From Gemmatimonadota bacterium (GTDB lineage Bacteria > Gemmatimonadota > Gemmatimonadetes > Longimicrobiales > Gaopeijiaceae), in the NCBI GenBank assembly GCA_034521595.1, contig JAXHMG010000003.1, forward strand, positions 1,312,001 to 1,376,000: a stretch of DNA of 64,000 nt. The letters are read 5' to 3'. How positions within the stretch are numbered: position 1 is the first letter of the stretch; every line of letters begins with the position of its first letter. The translations under genes were made by a program, and so were the position numbers. The notes under the pieces were generated by a model. The model was not told where the DNA came from and ran no database searches. It saw only the letters and a program-made list of their open reading frames with translations. Below are positions 31,101 through 39,311 of the stretch, in pieces.

Positions 31101-31523
31101 GACGCCTACGCCTTCACCGGCTCGACCCACCTATGGCGGAGGGGCCTGAGCTTCGACTCGTCGTACGCGGTCGCCGCATTCGACGAGCGCGTCCGGGACG
31201 GCCGGCCCGCGGCCGTGACCAGCTTCCGGAGGCGGTTGCTGGCCGGACGCCTCGGGGTCGAGCTCGGGGGCGTCCCCGACGACCCCGTGCAGATCGTGCG
31301 GGCGGTCCGGGACCTCTCTTCCCGGGGCGGCTTCGGCCGGCTCGCCGCCGAGCGGATCCGGGCACCCGACCCCACGCTCACCACCTCCACGGATCCGTCG
31401 ACGATCAGCGACGTCGATCTCTGGGATCCCGACGGGAGCCCGCCGGCGAGCTTCAACCCCGTGGAGTGGATCGCCGGCATGCTGACCACCGTGCAGACCG
31501 AGGAGCTCACACCGGCGCCGTAG
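28110..31523 (+). CDS. Large protein (1137 aa) with a C-terminal degenerate phospholipase D fold
   Basis: GAGGA RBS; starts 9 nt after the previous stop. PLD-like segments HGTGVRVRGPAA, AQDIVYIETPAF and RIASTSVVVDDAYAFTGSTHLWRRGLSFDSS, in which the His and Lys of HxKxxxxD are absent. Confidence 0.82.
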   Translation: MHTLTPDPSTLGIQTPQIGPWFSSDTVELPVADDRLAVPLTLDGGVAWLPPAGGLLSFRIATPDRPRRLAGLRDGAGEPAFDDGHLVAEFRLLPEVEARIDRLMRVLPTLAGDDAAGEGRTRPRVRTFALEIMTASPSWTMLESLLPATFGLPGSSTAENVAHVGLTGTAPLGNGPKPMGDLKRTGKLIGAFEQLLHFPTSTDVKLWAFDHRGRALDPGAVACWWLFLATHADNGFDGLWAEGLETGDQRTAPIATDADELVLHLVDPQGGAPLEPTLARIDGANLDGTGTVRRRGAEDEAATLSFTDPPTDDPDDLPVPRMALLPDGVFGETVSVWPTGTVDPILRRDFARVAALSVELALTGQRRTPAPGSTPTAADERRAEDQARTSTRVSVARAERTDALLDTHEEVIAGFREVFEGPEATDLATGVLEAGWGPITPALPDEDPPTAAPDFTVEPLQGGGVDDGGTVVDQKALVTSTLDASLEGAWVRVWTQGFDRERAEHFKMDGGAGRVADDGTVRLVTRLPDGAVDPSTPMGMDVMVVTDRGARHFADVRFDRPAPVGGDPAALTESDGTPRSGTTSGLDLGSAVVVCETGVSHASLPLPDDSVPSGSSLVALTSPPTLVDASTLPTAARVAALGGVLEPEDRVRLVEPAFQSSPRGDAAEDLAPATVHATDRRDSSAWESGFPLPSMERLESVASNVGDAEGRGAVGAVPALSRYHDFLHHRHGNPNAPAAPDTHGTGVRVRGPAARLLAEYARDRTSESTLDLVARAATPVPEPSDVDGDALWIAGLRTVAAGVEGEVGLGVLADASIAGFDPYPLGDAWTSVQAWIEDKIGTLPSELDDTTAAVDSIVRALDRRFLAATRGAREGATSLQAALGRAQDIVYIETPAFDARAFDDGDDRLDLWSTLVQRMKDNRALHLVICAPVWLLDGAPAPLQRVRDAIMNEALSALQEGSTGTAVPTLEERVATFSPAAGPGRSLRIASTSVVVDDAYAFTGSTHLWRRGLSFDSSYAVAAFDERVRDGRPAAVTSFRRRLLAGRLGVELGGVPDDPVQIVRAVRDLSSRGGFGRLAAERIRAPDPTLTTSTDPSTISDVDLWDPDGSPPASFNPVEWIAGMLTTVQTEELTPAP

Positions 31524-31632
31524 CGTTCTGGATCCCCACGGAGCGCCTTGGCGGCGACGCCTTGCGGGACCGGCCCGGGCGTGAATAGTTACTAGCCGTC
31601 ACGGCTCCTGCCCCACCCCGGCCCCCACCTCG

Positions 31633-32673
31633 ATGCTCAACTACATCTGGTCCGGGCTGATCATCGCCAGCGTCGTCTTCGCCCTGTGGTTCGACGTGGG
31701 CGACCTCACCCGCGACACGTACCGGAACGGCCAGGCCCTCCCGGTCGAGCTCCTCCTTCCCGAAGACTACGACCCGGCGGCGCGGACCGTCCCGGTGGAG
31801 ATCCGCGTCGAGCCGGACGAGTACAGGGACTTCTACGGCACCGACGGCGCTCCGGCGGATGCCTATCGCGGCCAGCTCCTCCAAACCCGCGAGGGGAGGC
31901 AGCTCCGCTTCGAGGCCGAGGCCGAGCTCCCCGAGCCGCTGGCCACCATCCGGGAGGTGTCGAGCTCACAGGAAGGCGAGCTCCAGGGCACCCTGACCGA
32001 CTTCGAGCCGGCGGCGGCGGAGGCGGCGACCGGGGAGCCGGCGGACGCGCCGCCCGCGGTGGAGGCGTCCGTTCGCTTCGAGCCGGTCCGCTTCGTGAAG
32101 ATGAACGCCATCGCCGAGGCCGCGCTGGAGTTCGCCACGACGGCCGCCGAGATCGCCCTGGGTCTCATCGGCGTCCTGGCGCTCTTCCTGGGACTCCTGA
32201 AGATCGCCGAGGAATCGGGCATCATCCATTCCCTGGTGCGCCTCGTGCGGCCCGTCCTGCGCCCGCTCTTCCCGGACATCCCCCCGGATCACCCCGCGCT
32301 GGGCATGATCGCCCTCAACCTCACGGCCAACATCTTCGGGCTGGGCAACGCGGCCACGCCCTTCGGAATCAAGGCCATGGAGGAGCTCCAGGAGCTGAAC
32401 CCCAGCGAGGACACGGCCACGAACTCGATGGTCATGCTCCTCGCCATGAACACCGCCAGCGTGCAGCTCGTGCCGCCCGTCCTCCTGCTGGCGCTCATGG
32501 GCCTCCAGATCAATCAGTTGATCTTCGCCATCATCCTCACCACGGGCCTGTCGCTCGTCGTGGCCGTCACGGCGGCCCGCCTCTACGGCCGGATGCCGGG
32601 CAGCCGCGCCTCGGATCCCCACGACCGTTCGGACGCGGGCACGACCCCGTCCGCGGCCGGCGGCACGGACTGA
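31633..32673 (+). CDS. spmA: SpmA-like nucleoside-recognition (Gate) membrane protein with a large extracytoplasmic insertion
   Basis: MLNYIWSGLII; LFLGLLKIAEESG; LFPDIPPDHPALGMIALNLTANIFGLGNAATPFGIKAMEELQELNP; LAMNTASVQL. Confidence 0.9.
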   Translation: MLNYIWSGLIIASVVFALWFDVGDLTRDTYRNGQALPVELLLPEDYDPAARTVPVEIRVEPDEYRDFYGTDGAPADAYRGQLLQTREGRQLRFEAEAELPEPLATIREVSSSQEGELQGTLTDFEPAAAEAATGEPADAPPAVEASVRFEPVRFVKMNAIAEAALEFATTAAEIALGLIGVLALFLGLLKIAEESGIIHSLVRLVRPVLRPLFPDIPPDHPALGMIALNLTANIFGLGNAATPFGIKAMEELQELNPSEDTATNSMVMLLAMNTASVQLVPPVLLLALMGLQINQLIFAIILTTGLSLVVAVTAARLYGRMPGSRASDPHDRSDAGTTPSAAGGTD

Positions 32674-32683
32674 GGAGGCGATC

Positions 32684-33226
32684 ATGGAGACCATCCGTCA
32701 GACCATCGGCCTGCTCTCGTACTTCGTCATCCCGCTCATGCTGGTGGGCTTCCCGCTCTACGGGCTCTACAAGCGAGTGCCGGTCTACGAGGCGTTCGTG
32801 GAGGGGGCGAAGGAAGGATTCAGCGTCGCGGTCCGCATCATCCCGTACCTCGTCGCGATCCTCTTCGCCATCGGCATGTTCAGGGCCAGCGGCGCGATGG
32901 AGTTCATGGTCGAGGCGCTGCGGCCGGCGCTCGCGCTGGTCGGCTTTCCCGCCGAGGTCCTGCCCATGGCCATCATCCGCCCCCTCTCGGGCTCGGGCTC
33001 GGCGGGCGTCGTGGCCGAGATGATCGCGACCTACGGGGAGGATTCGATCCTCGTGAAGATGGCCGCCGTCATGTTCGGCTCGACGGAGACCACCTTCTAC
33101 GTGGTGGCCGTGTACTTCGGGGCCGTGAACATCCGGCGCACCCGCCACGCGGTGCCGGCGGGGCTGACCGCCGACATCGCCGCCATGCTCTTCGCGGTGT
33201 GGAGCGTGCGGCTGTTGTTCGGATGA
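32684..33226 (+). CDS. spmB: SpmB/YjiG-like membrane protein
   Basis: VYEAFVEGAKEGF...IIPYLVAIL.AIGMFRASG; RPLSGSGS; GSTETTFYVVAVYFGAV.IRRTRHA. Confidence 0.93.
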   Translation: METIRQTIGLLSYFVIPLMLVGFPLYGLYKRVPVYEAFVEGAKEGFSVAVRIIPYLVAILFAIGMFRASGAMEFMVEALRPALALVGFPAEVLPMAIIRPLSGSGSAGVVAEMIATYGEDSILVKMAAVMFGSTETTFYVVAVYFGAVNIRRTRHAVPAGLTADIAAMLFAVWSVRLLFG

Positions 33227-34658
33227 GCGCCCGCTCCATGCACTTCCACCTGATCGGTATCGCGGGCACCGCCATGGGCTCCCTGGCGGGCCTGCTCCGC
33301 GAGAAAGGGCATGCCGTCACCGGCTCGGACGAGGGCGTCTATCCCCCCATGTCCACGATGCTCGACGCGCTCGGCATCGACTACGCCCACGGCTTCGACC
33401 CGTCGAACCTGGAGCCGGAGCCGGACGTGGTCGTCGTCGGCAACGCCATCAGCCGCGGCAACCCGGAGCTCGAGGCCGTGCTGGACCGGGGGCTCCGCTA
33501 CACCTCGGCCGCGGTGGTCCTCAAGGACGAGTTCCTCCAGGGCAAGCACGTCCTCGCCGTCGCGGGCACCCACGGCAAGACGACGACCGCGTCGCTCCTC
33601 GCGCACCTGCTGGAGCGCTCCGGGCTCGAGCCGTCGTTCCTGGTGGGCGGCGTGGTGGAGAGCTTCGGCACGTCGTTCCGGCTCACCGGATCGGATCTGT
33701 TCGTGATGGAGGCGGACGAGTACGACACGGCCTACTTCGACAAGGGGCCGAAGATGTGGCACTACCTGCCCCGGACGGCGGTGGTGACGAACGTGGAGTT
33801 CGACCACGCCGACATCTACCGCGACGAGATCGCCTACCGCTTCGCCTTCGAGCGCTTCGTGAACCTCGTGCCCCGCACGGGGACGCTGGTCATCGGGTGG
33901 GAGGGCGAGACCGAGCGCGCGCTCGCCGGCCGGTCCTGGGCGCCGGTGGAATCGTTCGGGCTCGACGAAGGAGGCTCCGGCACCCGCATCCCGGCTGGCG
34001 GGCCCGCGAGATCGAGTACACCTCGGAGGGCGCCACCTTCACGCTCGTCCACGACGGCCACGAGGTGGGGCGCTTCCGGACCCCCCTCACCGGCGCCTTC
34101 AACGTGCGGAACTGCCTCGCCGCCATGGCCGCGGCCCGCGCCGTGGGCGCGTCGTGGGAGGGGATCCGGGAGGGTCTCGCCACCTTCGAGCCGGTGCGGC
34201 GCCGGATGGAGATCCGCGGGGAGGTCGGAGGCGTGACCGTCATCGACGACTTCGCCCACCATCCCACGTCGGTCCGCGAGAGCGTGGCGGCCGCGCGCCA
34301 GCGGTTCGCGGACAGCCGGATCGTGGCCGTCTTCGAGCCCCGCAGCTATACGGCCCAACGCAAGGAGTTCGAAGACGCCTTCCGTGGGGCGCTCGGGACC
34401 GCCGACCGCGTCGTCCTCGCGGGGCTCTACCACCCCGAGCGCTACGACGCGCGCACCGGAATGGATCCGCGGGCGCTGGTGGAGGGGCTCCGGTCGGACG
34501 GCGTGGAGGCCGCCTACATTCCGGAGGTCGGCGACATCGTGCGCGCGGTGGCGTCCGAGGCCAGCGCCGGGGACGTGCTCCTCGTCATGTCGAACGGAGC
34601 GTTCGGGGGGATCCACGAGAAGCTCCTCGAGCGCCTGGCGTCCGCGGAACAGCGTTGA
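33223..34658 (+). CDS. mpl: Murein peptide ligase Mpl, split by one frameshift near 33985 (possibly a sequencing error)
   Basis: HFHLIGIAGTAMGSLA, YPPMST, VAGTHGKTTT, EADEYDTAYFDKGPK, NVEFDHADIY. The second frame has GAFNVRN, RRMEIRG, DDFAHHPT, VFEPRSYT and MSNGAFGG. Confidence 0.9.
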
Positions 34659-34680
34659 AGGGGCCTCCCCCGGTGGCGGA

Positions 34681-36369
34681 CTATCGTCCGAGCGCCACCC
34701 CGCCCCGCCGCGGATCCGCCGCGCCCTCGAGCGTGCCGTCCGCCCGTACCCACACCGCCTGCACGTCGCCGGACATCTCATCGCGCTCCACCACCTCGTG
34801 CCCCAGGGCGCGCAGCTCCTCCACCACGCCGGCGGGGAGCCCGCCCGGCTCGACGTGGATCCGGTCCGGAAGGTGCTGATGATGCACGCGCGGCGCCGCG
34901 ACCGCGTCGGCCAGGCTCATCCCGTGGTCGGCCACGTTGGAGATCACCTGGAAGATCGTGGTCATGATGGTCGCGCCCCCCGGGTTCCCGACGACCATGA
35001 CGAGCCGCCCACCCTCGTCCAGGACCAGCGTGGGCGTCATCGTGGACAGCATGCGTTTGCCGGGCGCCACGGCGTTGGCCTCGCTCTGGACCAGGCCGAA
35101 GTGGTTCGGCACCCCGGGCTTGGCGGTGAAGTCGTCCATGTCGTTGTTCAGGAGCACGCCCGTGCCCTCCGCCACGACCTTGCTCCCGTACCACGTGTTG
35201 AGCGTCGTGGTGAGCGAGACGGCTCCGCCCTCGCCGTCGACGATGGAGACGTGCGTGGTGTGGCTACCCTCCCTCCGCGCCCGGAAGCCCTCCACGCCGG
35301 GGGTGACTTCCTTCGCGGCCGTCGCCGCCTCGGGGGAGAGCGACGCAGCCCGCCAGGCCCCGTACTCGGCGGAGATCAGCGTCTCGAGGGGGATCTCCGT
35401 GTAGTCCGGATCGGCGAGGTAGTGGTTGCGGTCCGCATAGGCCCGCTTCCACGCCTCGGCCAGCAGGTGCACGTGCCGTGCTCCGTGCCAGGCGAGGTCA
35501 CCCAGCGTCCACCCGGAGAGGATCTGCGCCATCGCGGCCAGAGTCACGCCGCCCGACGACGAGGGGGGCATGGAGACGATCGTGTGCCCGCGGTACCGGA
35601 ACCGGAGGGGCTCCCGCCACACGGAAGTGTACGACGCCAGATCCTCGTGCGTCAGGAGGCCGCCGCCGCGCCGCATCTCGTCGACCAGCAGGTCGGCGGT
35701 CTCCCCACGGTAGAAGCCGTCGGGGCCCGCGTCGCGGATGCGCTCCAGCGTCCGGACGAGGTCCGGCTGCCGGAGCTCGTCGCCCTCACACGGCACGGCG
35801 CCACCAGGAAGGAAGACGTCGGCGCTGGCGGGAAACCGGCGGAGCGCGGCCACGATGTGCGGCTCGTACGACCGCACCAGCCGGCGCCGTACCACGAAGC
35901 CCCGCGCCAGCGCCACCGCCGGCTCGACCAGCCGCGCCCACGCCATCGAGCCGAAGCGGACGTGGGCGTCCCACAGCCCCCGCACCGAGCCCGGCACGGC
36001 CACCGCCAGGTGACCGAGCTCGGATGCGTCCGTCACGGCACCGTCCGCATCGAGAAACATGTCCGGCGTGGCGCCCGACGGCGCGACGCTCCGAAAGTCC
36101 AGCGCGGCCGTCGCACCGCCGCCGGTGCGCACGAGCATGAACCCGCTCCCGCCCACGTTGCCGGCCTCCGGGTTCACGACCGCCAGCGCGAACGACACGG
36201 CCACGGCGGCGTCCACCGCGTTACCACCCTCCTCGAGCACGTCCACGCCCACCCGGCTCGCGTAACGGTCGGTGGTCGCCACCATGCCCCGCTCCGCCTC
36301 CACGGCCGCGCCGCCGAAGGGAAAGGGCCAGCGGACGGGCCAGTGCTCGAAGCCGGACGACGGGCTCAC
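34681..36369 (-). CDS. ggt: Gamma-glutamyltransferase
   Basis: GGNAVDAAVA, GGSGFM, LDFRSVAP, nucleophile segment HTTHVSIVD, LNNDMDDF, PGKRMLSTMTP, ADPRRGG. The start is uncertain (GTG 36369 chosen) and no clear signal peptide is present. Confidence 0.93.
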   Translation of the reverse strand: MSPSSGFEHWPVRWPFPFGGAAVEAERGMVATTDRYASRVGVDVLEEGGNAVDAAVAVSFALAVVNPEAGNVGGSGFMLVRTGGGATAALDFRSVAPSGATPDMFLDADGAVTDASELGHLAVAVPGSVRGLWDAHVRFGSMAWARLVEPAVALARGFVVRRRLVRSYEPHIVAALRRFPASADVFLPGGAVPCEGDELRQPDLVRTLERIRDAGPDGFYRGETADLLVDEMRRGGGLLTHEDLASYTSVWREPLRFRYRGHTIVSMPPSSSGGVTLAAMAQILSGWTLGDLAWHGARHVHLLAEAWKRAYADRNHYLADPDYTEIPLETLISAEYGAWRAASLSPEAATAAKEVTPGVEGFRARREGSHTTHVSIVDGEGGAVSLTTTLNTWYGSKVVAEGTGVLLNNDMDDFTAKPGVPNHFGLVQSEANAVAPGKRMLSTMTPTLVLDEGGRLVMVVGNPGGATIMTTIFQVISNVADHGMSLADAVAAPRVHHQHLPDRIHVEPGGLPAGVVEELRALGHEVVERDEMSGDVQAVWVRADGTLEGAADPRRGGVALGR

Positions 36370-36511
36370 GGGTTCTTCGCTCAACGTGCGTGCATCCTCT
36401 CCGGGGTCTCGAGTCCGGAGCCTCGAGGGCTCGGGAGCGCCTGGGGCGTTCTCGTGGTGCTCGCGGCGGCCCCTCCTCGCGCGGGCGCCGCGGGTCGGTG
36501 ATAATCCTATC

Positions 36512-37459
36512 ATGATTCCACCCTCCGAAGCGACGCGCTCGCCCAGCGTCCCGCCCCGGGCCCTCCGGCCGGGCACGCGCATCGCCCTGGTGGCTCCCGC
36601 GGGCCCGGTGGACCCCGAGCGCGTGGAGGCCTCACAGGACCGCTGCCGTGCGCTGGGGATCGAGCCGGTGGTGTTTCCCGCGGCGCGGGCCCGCCACCGC
36701 TATCTGGCCGGCACCGACGCAGAGCGCCTCGCCGATCTCCAGGCCGCCTTCGACGACCCCGCGATCGACGGCGTCTGGGCGCTACGCGGTGGCTACGGCA
36801 CGCTCCGGATCCTCGACGCCCTGGACCTCGAACGGCAGCGGACCGACCCCATTCCGTTCATCGGCTTCAGCGACAACACCTCCATCCACGTGCGCCACGC
36901 CGCCCTGGGCGTCGTCTCCTTCCACGGCCCCCACCCCGGCGGCGATTTTCCTCCGGAGACCGAAGAGGCATTCCAGCGCGTGCTCTTCTCGGCCGACGCG
37001 CCGGGGCCGCTCGTGTCGCGGGACGGCGATCCTCCTGCGCGCACGCTGGAGCCCGGACGGGTCGAAGCCCCCCTGGTCGGGGGCAACCTGGCCCTCCTGG
37101 CCTCCATGTGCGGCACGCGCCACGCCCTCGACGCCCGGGGCTGCATCCTTTTTCTGGAGGACGTCGCCGAGCCGGCGTACCGGGTGGACCGCATGCTCCT
37201 CCAGCTCCGCGGCTCCGGGCTCCTCGACGGCGTCCTCGGGTTGGCGTTGGGACGCTTCACGGAGGATCCCGAAGGCGACACCCATCCCGTGGCCGAGGTT
37301 CTTCGGGAGCTCGCGGAGCACCTCGGCATCCCGGCGGTCGCCGACCTTCCCTTCGGCCACACCGAGCACAACTGCACGCTGCCCGTCGGGGGCCTCGCCC
37401 GATTGGAGGCGGACACCGCGACGCTCGTGCTCACTCAGGGCGCCGTGCGGGGGGAGTGA
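36512..37459 (+). CDS. ldcA: LD-carboxypeptidase (peptidase S66)
   Basis: IALVAPAG, YLAGTDAER, ALRGGYG, FIGFSDNT, GGNL, LFLEDV.E..YRVDRML, FGH. Confidence 0.94.
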   Translation: MIPPSEATRSPSVPPRALRPGTRIALVAPAGPVDPERVEASQDRCRALGIEPVVFPAARARHRYLAGTDAERLADLQAAFDDPAIDGVWALRGGYGTLRILDALDLERQRTDPIPFIGFSDNTSIHVRHAALGVVSFHGPHPGGDFPPETEEAFQRVLFSADAPGPLVSRDGDPPARTLEPGRVEAPLVGGNLALLASMCGTRHALDARGCILFLEDVAEPAYRVDRMLLQLRGSGLLDGVLGLALGRFTEDPEGDTHPVAEVLRELAEHLGIPAVADLPFGHTEHNCTLPVGGLARLEADTATLVLTQGAVRGE

Positions 37460-37707
37460 CCGGGCGCTCACGTCAGACCCCGTCCGGGCGGCGCCGACGC
37501 CCGCCTCGTCCTCCGAATGGGCCAGACGACGGAGAGCACCGACCCAAGGGCCGTCCCACCGGTCCACGTGACGATCCCCTACTCCGACGCGACTCGAGAG
37601 CTCAACCGCTGGCTAGCCCTCGTGACGTGGTTTCTGGCCAAACCCAGTTGCAAAACGCCGGGCAGGCGGCCACCCTATCCATCTCACCCGACGATGCCCC
37701 GAACACG

Positions 37708-38772
37708 ATGATCATGCGTCCCAAGACTATTGCGTTCCTCGCCTCGCTCGCAGCGCTCCTTATCCTACCCGGAACCGCGCAAGCACAAGCCGGCGCCCCC
37801 TACAAGCTCGGCATGTTCGCCGAGGACCAACGGAGCTTCGTGGGCGTCGTGATCGACGATGCGGTCGTGGTGGATCTCTCCCGGGCCGAAGCCGACGCGC
37901 CGGAAACCCTCGCCGGGCTGATCGAGCAGTGGGACGAGTCCTGGGCGAACCGGATCGCGAGCTTGGCGGCCACGGCGCGCCAGAACCCGCCGGCGTACGT
38001 GTTCCCGCTCGACCGCCTGACCACGCTCCCGCCGCTCAGCGACCCCGACGTCCTCCTGATGGCGGCCCGCAACTACGTCGAGCACGCGGAGGAGATGGCG
38101 GCGGTGGGCCGAACCGCGGGAACGACCGACGAGATCGACGACAGCGTGCGAGTCGGGTTGCCGGGCATCTGGGACCGCGACCCCGACGACAACCGGCCGA
38201 ATCCCTACCTCTTCCCGAAGCTGAAGACCGCACTCTCGGCGAACGGCGATCCGATCGTGCTCCCGCCGGGACGCCCGAACATCGATTTCGAGTGCGAGCT
38301 GGTGGCGGTCGTGGGCCGCACCGCCAAGCGCATCTCCGTGGACGACGCGCTCGACCACGTCTTCGGCTACATGGCGATCGTGGACGTCTCCGACCGACAG
38401 GAGCGCGCGGACGGCCGCTACGGGTCGGACTGGTTCATGGGCAAGAGCCACGACTCGTTCGGCCCGAGCGGACCGTTCGTGGTCCCGGCCCCGTTCATCG
38501 GCGATCCGCAGGACCTCGACGTCCGCTACACGCTGAACGGCGAGCTCATGCAGGACGCCAACACGAGCCTCATGGTGCACACGGTGCGCGACCTGGTGTC
38601 GTTCGCCTCGCACATCGTCACGCTCGGGCCCGGTGACCTGGTCGGCACGGGCACCCCGGGCGGCGTGGGCGAAGGCCGGACGCCACCCGTCTACCTACAG
38701 GACGGTGACGTCGGCCAGTGCACCATCGAGGGCATCGGCACGCTGCGGAATCCGGTCGTGGACGCGCCGTAG
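37708..38772 (+). CDS. Fumarylacetoacetate-hydrolase family protein with a Sec signal peptide
   Basis: Signal MRPKTIAFLASLAALLILPGTAQA; NYVEHAEE, DFECELVAVVG, DVSDR, GKSHDSFGPSGP, GDLVGTGTPGGVG. Confidence 0.9.
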   Translation: MIMRPKTIAFLASLAALLILPGTAQAQAGAPYKLGMFAEDQRSFVGVVIDDAVVVDLSRAEADAPETLAGLIEQWDESWANRIASLAATARQNPPAYVFPLDRLTTLPPLSDPDVLLMAARNYVEHAEEMAAVGRTAGTTDEIDDSVRVGLPGIWDRDPDDNRPNPYLFPKLKTALSANGDPIVLPPGRPNIDFECELVAVVGRTAKRISVDDALDHVFGYMAIVDVSDRQERADGRYGSDWFMGKSHDSFGPSGPFVVPAPFIGDPQDLDVRYTLNGELMQDANTSLMVHTVRDLVSFASHIVTLGPGDLVGTGTPGGVGEGRTPPVYLQDGDVGQCTIEGIGTLRNPVVDAP

Positions 38773-38790
38773 GGGTCGGGCTCAACGCCT

Positions 38791-39261
38791 CTACCGCACG
38801 CAGGCCGCCGTCACCGTGTAGCGCTCCTCGCCCACCGCCGGCGTGACCTGCTCCTGCAAGCCCTCTTCCCACGGATTCTCGGTGGCGCCGGCGGGGAATA
38901 CCCCCAACATGCACTCCACACCGCGATGCCGGTACGCCAGGGTGCTGCCGTGGGCGCTGACGGTCGGCTCCATGAAGGGGCTCCACCCCCTCGCCTCGAG
39001 GGCCTCGCGGAGCTGGTCCACCACGGCTTGCGTGCTCTTCGCTCCCCCGGCCGCCGTGAGTCGGCAACCCCCCCGCACCTCGCCGGTTCGCCAGTCGGCC
39101 ACGGTGTCGGACCGGACCGCCACGACCATCGCCATCTCGTCTTCGAGCACGTCGCCGACGCCCGAGCAGAGCTCTTCCTGCGCCGCGCCCGGAGAAGGCA
39201 GCGTAGCGAGGAGTAAGGCGAGGCAGCCGAGCGCGGCCGGGACGGATCCGAATAGGCGCAT
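38791..39261 (-). CDS. Exported hypothetical protein with 4 Cys in the mature region
   Basis: MRLFGSVPAALGCLALLLATLPSPGAA-QEELC signal peptide. The longer ORF-track call is a shadow extension. Confidence 0.75.
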   Translation of the reverse strand: MRLFGSVPAALGCLALLLATLPSPGAAQEELCSGVGDVLEDEMAMVVAVRSDTVADWRTGEVRGGCRLTAAGGAKSTQAVVDQLREALEARGWSPFMEPTVSAHGSTLAYRHRGVECMLGVFPAGATENPWEEGLQEQVTPAVGEERYTVTAACVR

Positions 39262-39311
39262 GACCCGAAAGCTATGCCGCCCGTCGTTGGCGACCAACCG
39301 ACCCCGGCGCG

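Noticed and set aside
15050-31523. Interpretation of the giant operon as T6SS, contractile injection system, prophage tail or Tc toxin
   Set aside because: No sheath, tube, baseplate, VgrG/PAAR, RHS/YD or SpvB-like motifs could be recognised.
31633-33226. Sporulation inferred from spmA/spmB
   Set aside because: The family is widespread in non-sporulating bacteria, and the window encodes LPS-related genes and no other sporulation genes.
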